Shown here in pieces: positions 49,197-55,833 of a DNA stretch of 64,000 nucleotides. The notes under the pieces are model-generated. The model made no database searches and was not told the DNA's origin. It worked only from the letters and a program-made list of their open reading frames with translations. The position numbers and the translations under genes were made by a program. Source of the stretch: a virus; IMG/VR virus record IMGVR_UViG_3300049489_001336, positions 64,001 to 128,000 of that record; one strand, 5' to 3'. Positions within the stretch are counted from its first letter, which is position 1, and each line of letters opens with the position of its first letter.

Positions 49197-50051
49197 TTAC
49201 TCTTTACCATCAACGGTATCAAGTAATGCAGTAGCTCCGTACGTTCCAAGGGCTACTGCAGGTAACTTCATTGCAGTGCCTGCGTAGGTGCCAAAGGCAG
49301 GTAACAACGTCTTAATACCTTTTACCATATCTCTGCGTGTGGCTCCGTTGCGGTACATATTCAATAAACCATGCCCACTGGCATAAGCTTCTTCCGCAAG
49401 TACGGGCACCGTCGGTAGCACAGAGCTGGCTAAATAAGCGTTGCGTTTCGTTTTACTTTCCTCGCCAGGATTCGATTTTTCAGCGTCATACGCGTATAAA
49501 CCTGGAATAAGCCCCAACCACGGTTTACTGAACGTGCTATACCCTAAATTGCCCAACATATGCATTATTTTAGGGGTTTTTTCAAAGTAATGTTTATGCC
49601 CTAACTCATGCGCCAAAGTAGCTGGATTTTTCTGGAATGACGCCTCGCCTAACGTAATCACGTTTTTCTTTGAACTAAAGGATCCCCGGTATGGGGACGT
49701 TCCAGGTTTCCCCCGTTCAACGTTATGTCCTTGAACGAGCTTTTCATAAATCTCTTTTTCTCTAGCCAAATCGTCTAAGTGCGCCTGGCTAGGCTTCTTT
49801 GCATTGGGCGTTAAATGTGCTGTATCTGCATAATAAGATTTATTCAATTCATCCACGATAGCGTTATTACTATGCGTCCCGACCGCGTCACCTAAGAGGT
49901 AACCTGAGTAACCTCCCCCTGCTAGTAGACCCGCATTGAGAATTCTCTGGTCTTCATCACTTAATTCTTTAGCTACCGGCGCAGTAGATGAGCCTGTACG
50001 CATACCCAGTTTGGTAAGAGCAAAATGACGGCCTGCAATATAAGAATTCAT
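49197..50051 (-). CDS. zincin metallopeptidase with shared N-terminal motif
   Basis: SYIAGRHFALTKLGM; AHELGH and downstream EEAYAS (gluzincin-like third ligand); hydrophobic segments. Confidence 0.72.
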   Translation of the reverse strand: MNSYIAGRHFALTKLGMRTGSSTAPVAKELSDEDQRILNAGLLAGGGYSGYLLGDAVGTHSNNAIVDELNKSYYADTAHLTPNAKKPSQAHLDDLAREKEIYEKLVQGHNVERGKPGTSPYRGSFSSKKNVITLGEASFQKNPATLAHELGHKHYFEKTPKIMHMLGNLGYSTFSKPWLGLIPGLYAYDAEKSNPGEESKTKRNAYLASSVLPTVPVLAEEAYASGHGLLNMYRNGATRRDMVKGIKTLLPAFGTYAGTAMKLPAVALGTYGATALLDTVDGKE

Positions 50052-50387
50052 AAGGGTATTATACGCGGTTGCTAACAGCTAAAAAAGAACAACCTTAGAG
50101 CTCTTCGATGCTCAGCCCGGTGTCCTTTAAAATCAAATTAACCCGCTTAACCACAAAGTCTTGCTCTTCAGGACTCAGCGCTGCCCATACAGAGTCTACA
50201 CCGTCTCGTAGCAGAGGATCTACCTGGTCACATGCAGGGCAATACACAAAGCCCCAAATGTGAAATCCAAGGCGACACCATAACCTACGCCACCACCCGT
50301 CTAAGCGTCTAGGCGGCGCTGCGTTACACATGTGAATGATATCGAAGTATTGATGGTGGCGTGGGCCTGGGTATTTGTGAGGCATAA

Positions 50388-50636
50388 TTACTTGGGGTCT
50401 GTGTCTTTATTCTTGAATAAGTGCACGTACGCAGAATGGCAAAGAAATACGAACACCGCGGTGACAATCAGTGCGCCTAACGCGCTTGCGACAATGCCAA
50501 ACAACCAAAAGAAAATACGCAACGCAAACAGCGCGATTAACGCCGCTAGCCCGTAGCTGAGAATCACGGCGACATCACGGGGAATCCACGAAGGGTATTT
50601 GTTGAGAATGTGTGCGGGGATTTCAGGGAGTTTCAT
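50388..50636 (-). CDS. small membrane protein
   Basis: Two long hydrophobic helices. Confidence 0.55.
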   Translation of the reverse strand: MKLPEIPAHILNKYPSWIPRDVAVILSYGLAALIALFALRIFFWLFGIVASALGALIVTAVFVFLCHSAYVHLFKNKDTDPK

Positions 50637-51082
50637 TGAGGGCCTTTGAGCAGGTTAGGTTGAAGCAGACTATGGAGCATCTTTGTAGCTTTTCCTTCTT
50701 CCAATAGCCAGCGGTCTACCTCTCGAACATTGTCGACGTTTACGTTATGCCCCCGCGAACACTGCAACTTGGGCACATGACCAAAGGCTTGGCAAATCCT
50801 GGGTCGAACTTCGTAAATGGCACATACGCCTCGTTGATAAAAAGGACAAGTTAACCCTTGGTCCTTAGGAACAATGTTGTGCTGCGCAATATATTGCTGG
50901 ATTCTCTTGAGCTGTTTATCAGAGACAAACACAGGTCCACAACAATCGCCGCAGAACTTTTCACAGGTCATGCTAGGGAACGTGGGGAGTTTTAGTTTGG
51001 CCAAAGGACCTCCAACGTAAGAGATCTTGCTTACTGCATTGGCTTTTAAGCCGTGTTGGCTCGTTGCGCCGCCGTGGACCAC
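50633..51082 (-). CDS. YkgJ-like Cys-cluster protein
   Basis: CEKFCGDCC...CPFY..G.CAIYEVRP.IC..F. Confidence 0.85.
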   Translation of the reverse strand: MVHGGATSQHGLKANAVSKISYVGGPLAKLKLPTFPSMTCEKFCGDCCGPVFVSDKQLKRIQQYIAQHNIVPKDQGLTCPFYQRGVCAIYEVRPRICQAFGHVPKLQCSRGHNVNVDNVREVDRWLLEEGKATKMLHSLLQPNLLKGPQ

Positions 51083-51274
51083 TCAAGAGCTCAACTTTGA
51101 AATAGCGTACTAAAAAGCAATAACGACTATCTAAAAACGCGTAACAACCAATGCGCCATTCTCCGCATGTCAACGACCTCCAACATTTGTTTAGACATGC
51201 GCCTGTAGGTCTAGAGTACGAATATTCAGGCAAACGCTCAAATTCATCGAGCCATACACGCATGACATTGGCCA

Positions 51275-51387
51275 TAGCGTTCGTGCAAGGACTCGAACCT
51301 TGCTCCCGTTAAAGAATGGAACTGGGGGGAACTCCCTCTAACGGTGTCCAGGTGGCAGGGCATTTACCACAAACAAACAACGAACTA
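51275..51387 (-). ncRNA. tRNA-like structured element, copy 1
   Basis: Acceptor-like GUUCGU/ACGAAC, T arm CAAGG-UUCGAGU-CCUUG, long CCGUUAGAG/CUUUAACGG stem in place of the anticodon arm. Confidence 0.55.
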
Positions 51388-51714
51388 TTATTTGGGCTTG
51401 CCCAAGTTAAAATATTTGCGAATTTCTTCGCCACGTTCTGTGCAACGATACGAGTAGGGTAAATACGGGTGCTTTTCGAGTAAACCCTTAGTAACCAAGA
51501 CCTTGGCGCGCTTACTCTCGGAAGCAGTCAAAGTCTTCGGCGCATCGTACGCGCACAAACTAAGGATATTAAAATCATAAAACGTAAGCCGAAGGGTATT
51601 GCGTACAAAAGGCCAAATCAACTTGGCTGCAGCTTGTATTCCTTCATGGCTTGCAACATCGATAATATCACAGACCAATTCGAGCTCATCGTCGGTGACT
51701 TCCATAACACCTCA

Positions 51715-51811
51715 GTATTCGTGCAAGGACTCGAACCTTGCTCTCTATATAAACAGTGTATCCCTCAGTTTATACAGATGTCCAGGCGGCCGAGGAGAAC
51801 AGCCACGAATA
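51715..51811 (-). ncRNA. tRNA-like structured element, copy 2
   Basis: UAUUCGUG/CACGAAUA, identical T arm, shared CCUGGACA, 10-bp CUGUAUAAAC/GUUUAUAUAG stem. Confidence 0.55.
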
Positions 51812-52209
51812 TAAAAACAAAGAGCGATAGATCGAGATTGCAACCGATGCCTGAGCTACTAACTAAGCCACTGTCTCTTTCAGGCACTGCCAAGAACAGT
51901 AAGCACGAGATGCGACAGCTCAAGCAAGACGTGTTGCGATGTATCGACTCGCGCCGATTCAGTAGAAAGTGCTCTTTGTTCCACCATGCACAGGGTTCGG
52001 AGCGATGTGCACAGTGATAAAAGGTTCGGGTGAAAAGCGGGAAGATTCTCAGATTTTTAGATGGATTACAGAGCTGAACATGCGACTTCAATGAGTAGAG
52101 GCACTGCCATTTCATTGACTTAGTTGTCGACGAGTTGTTGGCTCTGTACAAAGGTTGTTGCCCATGACGGGCGACTTGCTTTTCACCCTAGGAAAACCTC
52201 AACGATAAA

Positions 52210-52716
52210 CTACTCGAAGAGGTCTTCCGTAAGCGTTTTGATTTCGTGCTCCTCCGCATTGCCTTGAGCAATGGCAGCACGCATGGCACTCGCACGCTTG
52301 GCCGCACTCGTGGCATTTTTCAATGCATCACTTGCGCTGACCTGCGTCTGTGCGTAGATTTTGTTCGGGTCCCGCTCGTCTGCAGAATAGCCGTAGCGCT
52401 CTTTCTTGCTGCCTGTGGCTGAGCGCCACATCTTTTCTGCGCGGGCGAGGCCCCCAAGCGCCTTCACGGCAAAGCCCAAGGTGATCAATTCACCGTCAAA
52501 AGGCACTTTGACCTGAAGGTTGTACATCGCCTGTGCTTCTTGCAGCTTGGCAATGGCATACTCTGCCGCCAAATACTGCTTGACTGCATCGACGGGATGT
52601 TCCTTGGTTTCCCCAGGATAAATCTTCAACGAATCATCGAACACTCGGGAAGCCGCGTCTTTACGCAGCTCCCATTGTTTGATGGCTTCACGGATTTTGT
52701 AGCCAGTGACTTTCAC
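52210..52716 (-). CDS. helical hypothetical protein directly downstream of the large Y-like array
   Basis: 168-aa Ala-rich ORF. Confidence 0.7.
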   Translation of the reverse strand: MKVTGYKIREAIKQWELRKDAASRVFDDSLKIYPGETKEHPVDAVKQYLAAEYAIAKLQEAQAMYNLQVKVPFDGELITLGFAVKALGGLARAEKMWRSATGSKKERYGYSADERDPNKIYAQTQVSASDALKNATSAAKRASAMRAAIAQGNAEEHEIKTLTEDLFE

Positions 52717-52769
52717 AAAGCCTCACTAGATAGTAGATGAGAGATACTTATTTACTTTTACCGTACAAC

Positions 52770-52852
52770 AGCTAAAAAAATCGAATATCTGCACGGTCTT
52801 CCATGGGATTTCCCAGCATTACTGCTGAGTCACACCCCGTGCAGATATTCGA
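52770..52852 (-). terminator. long-stem hairpin (16 bp) with branched loop, followed by UUUUUUUAGC
   Basis: TCGAATATCTGCACGG (52781-52796) and CCGTGCAGATATTCGA (52837-52852). Confidence 0.7.
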
Positions 52853-52861
52853 AAAACAAGC

Positions 52862-52938
52862 GTGGAAGCAAACTTGCGATGTTCCGTTTTCGGATCCCTT
52901 TTGGGGAGCGTAGATGTAGACATCACGACATCTTCCAC
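52862..52938 (-). ncRNA. Y-RNA-like unit A (short, no tRNA domain)
   Basis: Terminal helix GUGGAAG/CUUCCAC with the shared AUG...GUCUACAU and UUUG core. Confidence 0.7.
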
Positions 52939-52948
52939 AAACTTAAAC

Positions 52949-53079
52949 GGCCAGCAAAGATTTGAGAAGTCTATTTTACGCGTGCTGCCATTACACCACC
53001 AACAGTGTTACCTGCTGGACAGGATTCGAACCTGCTCCTCGTCCGCCCAATGGATGTAAACCTCTCGGGGCATCTGGCC
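52949..53079 (-). ncRNA. Y-RNA-like unit B (permuted tRNA domain)
   Basis: GGCCAG/CUGGCC; T arm GCAGG-UUCGAAU-CCUGU; CCAGCAG/CUGUUGG; D arm GUGU-AAUGGCA-GCAC. Confidence 0.83.
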
Positions 53080-53090
53080 AAAACTTAAAC

Positions 53091-53224
53091 GGTCAGCAAA
53101 GATTGAAGAGTCTATTTACGCGCTCTACCACTGAGCTACCCCGGCATAGATGGCGCCAGGGGCAAGGATTTGAACCTTGCATCCTCGTCCTTAGCATGGA
53201 TGTAAACCCTTCGGGCATCTGACC
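53091..53224 (-). ncRNA. Y-RNA-like unit C (permuted tRNA domain)
   Basis: GGUCAG/CUGACC; GAAGGGUUUA/UAGACUCUUC; T arm; CCCUGGC-G-CCA-UCUAU-GCCGGGG; D arm UAGCUCAGUGGUAGAGC. Confidence 0.87.
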
Positions 53225-53234
53225 AAAACTTAAA

Positions 53235-53375
53235 GCGACAGCAAAAGGCGCAGTGTCTAAATCCCTTGCGGGAGTCTGCTGCTCTACTTTTGAGCTACAC
53301 GCTTAAACAACAAGCGTAACTGGATTTGAACCAGTAACCCGCAGATTTCAATGTAGACACTACTACATCTGTCGC
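53235..53375 (-). ncRNA. Y-RNA-like unit D (permuted tRNA domain)
   Basis: GCGACAG/CUGUCGC; GUAGUGUCUA/UAGACACUGC; UCUGC/GCAGA junction stem; T and D arms. Confidence 0.85.
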
Positions 53376-53386
53376 AGACACTAAAA

Positions 53387-53470
53387 GGGATAGCAAAGAG
53401 TTGTCGAGTTTAGCCCCTTGCGGAGCAATTTTCTTAGCCAGAAATGTAAACCCAACGGGGCATCTATCCC
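53387..53470 (-). ncRNA. Y-RNA-like unit E (short)
   Basis: GGGAUAG/CUAUCCC with shared core; no T or D arms. Confidence 0.72.
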
Positions 53471-53481
53471 AAAACTTAAAC

Positions 53482-53544
53482 GGGCAGCAAAGGATCGTCT
53501 GAGTCGCAATTACCAAAAATGTAGACCCAAACAAGCATCTGCCC
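53482..53544 (-). ncRNA. Y-RNA-like unit F (63 nt, minimal)
   Basis: GGGCAG/CUGCCC with shared core; GGGUCU/AGACUC-type inner pairing. Confidence 0.68.
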
Positions 53545-53614
53545 AAAACTTCTTTACCTCTCGATGCTCAAGCTGTCAAGCGAGCGTCGGAGAGGTCTAT
53601 ATTCTTATACCTAA

Positions 53615-54292
53615 TTAATCCTGTTTTTTCTTAGGATTAACTCGTTTTTCTTTTTTGTCTTCGCTCTCAAGAAAATCCATCGTCCTCTTGATGCTGACAA
53701 ACACAAGCTCACGCATAGACTGCGGATACCCAGCCTTGCCCTTGTGCTTCTCCAGATACGTAGAGATGCGCTTATGCAGGTCCAGAGGGATAGGCAAGCC
53801 CATCGTCTTAAACTTCATAGTGCGTTGCTTCTCGGTGAGACGGTACGTGGAAAAGAACTCCAACACGTTAAAAGACACGCTTGGAGCTTCGCCTGGCGCC
53901 TGTTCGGGCTCAGGCACAATCACAACTTCAACAGATTCAACGGGAGCTTCAAGCATAAGAGGCTCGGGCTCAACCACAACAAGTTCTAGGGTTTCAAAAC
54001 TTGGTTCTTGCACCGTTGCAGGTACAGAGCTACTCTCTACGCGGGGTAGTGTATCTTCTACGAAAGATATTTCGGTAGGAGGCGCTTCTTCAATCGCCCA
54101 GGTCCCTGACTCTTCTAGCGAAGGCTCCTCTACTACAGGAGCCGGCGGAGGAGTTTTGTTTTTGGCCTTGGCTTTTTTCTTTGGCTTTGCAGCCACGACA
54201 GGCGCTTCGACCGACGCAGCTTGTGCCTTTGGCGCTTGCCCTCGGAGTTGCTGCTCAGCCTTTAGATACCGTTCAATCTGGGACAGGAACAT
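53615..54292 (-). CDS. protein with long disordered N-terminus and C-terminal ribbon-helix-helix-like domain
   Basis: About 150 Pro/Glu/Ser-rich residues, then FKTMGLPIP (strand), LDLHKRISTYLEKH (helix), MRELVFVSIKRTMD (helix). Confidence 0.55.
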   Translation of the reverse strand: MFLSQIERYLKAEQQLRGQAPKAQAASVEAPVVAAKPKKKAKAKNKTPPPAPVVEEPSLEESGTWAIEEAPPTEISFVEDTLPRVESSSVPATVQEPSFETLELVVVEPEPLMLEAPVESVEVVIVPEPEQAPGEAPSVSFNVLEFFSTYRLTEKQRTMKFKTMGLPIPLDLHKRISTYLEKHKGKAGYPQSMRELVFVSIKRTMDFLESEDKKEKRVNPKKKQD

Positions 54293-54887
54293 ACTACCTA
54301 CTGGTCGTTAAGACATTTGTTCAGTGCCGCCTTGGGAAAACTTTTTGGCGTTTTCTAAATGACTTAAGCCCTATTATCTGGGGTTGACTCGTTGTGTGTA
54401 TCAAGGACAACACTACGACTGTCCTTACTCAAAGTGTAGCACATAACTTTGGCTAAATAAAAAAGCCTCCCATTAGCCAACATGAATAATTACTTTGATT
54501 AATCAAAGACTTTGATCTTTGACGCATCTAGGTACCTATACAGGCTAGCTAATGTGGGTAGTAGGGCGGGGAGGCACGCCCAGCCGACGGCACAGCTGGA
54601 GGGGGAGACTCTGCGTTCGTCGGTACCCGGCCGAGGTGCTGGCGGCACCTCAAAACTGGCTAAATCTTGGACCGACCCCCAAAGGGGCCGGCAGCGGTGT
54701 TACCACCGCCAAACATATATTTTACAGTCCGAGTCAACTCAGCTTGTAAACTTGTTAAGGATACATCTAGCGGTAACAAACAACGACGGCGTGGAAGAGA
54801 ACGTCGGCGGTTTCTAGACATCTACTTACTTATACCACATCTAAGTACATTTCTGTAAATTTGAATACTGGCGACTGAAGTAGCCAT

Positions 54888-55124
54888 GCAATGCTTATTG
54901 CAGTAGCCGCAGACAGAGTAGCAGCAAGAGGCCTTGCACAGAGCAACCAAGGTTGCTGCAAGAGAACTTGCCCGGTGCAAGAACCCTTGCATAGAGCAAC
55001 CAAGGTTGCTGCAAGAGAACTTGCCCGGTGCAAGAACCCTTGCATGGCAATTTGAGTAGCCGCAAGAGAAATTGCGCAACGGTGCTTGCCCTGATGCAAG
55101 ACCTCTTGCTGCAATTTTTGTTGA
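54888..55124. repeat. cluster of 13 GCAA-N6-TTGC palindromes
   Basis: Perfect at 54888, 54924, 54943, 54958, 54977, 54996, 55011, 55030, 55062, 55076, 55096; one mismatch at 55047 and 55111. Confidence 0.93.
54932..55045. repeat. 53-bp tandem repeat, about 2.1 copies, each holding three palindromes
   Basis: Units start at 54932, 54985 and 55038; one mismatch between the two full copies. Confidence 0.92.
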
Positions 55125-55833
55125 CCGCAAACAGCAAAAAACCCCAAAAACGTTCCTCGATTCGCCTGTGGTTGTACAATGAACACAGGAGGTTGTGTGT
55201 GTTCTTTGACTTTTCTTTGCTTTACCACTTGCTTAAGAAACGAGTAACTGCTCTAATGGGAGTGTGTTTACTGACGACTTGCAACGCCCCCCTATTAAGT
55301 TTTTAGAAAGGCATAAGCAAGCCAAAGTACGGTGCGGCAAGGTTGGCACGGTCTCTTGCATTTGCCGGTTTTGTTATTCTTTTTTTTTATTTCCTTACTT
55401 TTCCTTACATGTCGTACTTTTCCTATTATATTTATGTTACATTTATGAAAACTATAATAATTATAATAAGATAAGATAAGAACATGCGCGCACGAACCTG
55501 TTACATACGCTCGACAACACCCCCTGATACGTGCCAACTTTCACACAACATATACCCTGACGCGCGCCCGAGCAGCGCCCACGCGCTGGTGTGGCAAAAA
55601 GTAACATATGCGCGAGTTATTAACTTTGATACTCGCGCGTCACGAGAACCTCGTGAGGAGCACCAAGGGGGTACCCCCTGTGTGGAATCTGGCCAAGACG
55701 ACAGGGGTATCGAAACAGTTTCGAAACATTCAAAATAGAAGTCAATGTTTATAACCAATGAATTAAACTCAGCTTCACCTAGAAGTCACAAAAAAAAAAA
55801 ATCCGATATCCGACATGTAGGTAAAAAAAGAAA

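Noticed and set aside
33546-53375. Ordinary tRNA genes or tRNA pseudogenes at units B, C, D, G, H and I
   Set aside because: On the coding strand the T arm precedes the D arm and there is no anticodon loop; the order is permuted and stems are intact, which argues against decay.
52862-53544. CRISPR array (recurring AAACTTAAAC and CAGCAAA, regular spacing)
   Set aside because: The repeated parts are short and degenerate, unit lengths vary from 63 to 141 nt, each unit is closed by its own helix, and no cas genes are in the window.
54932-55045. Mini-CRISPR or coding repeat
   Set aside because: Head-to-tail 53-bp duplication with no spacers; the overlapping ORFs are low-complexity and lack ribosome-binding sites.
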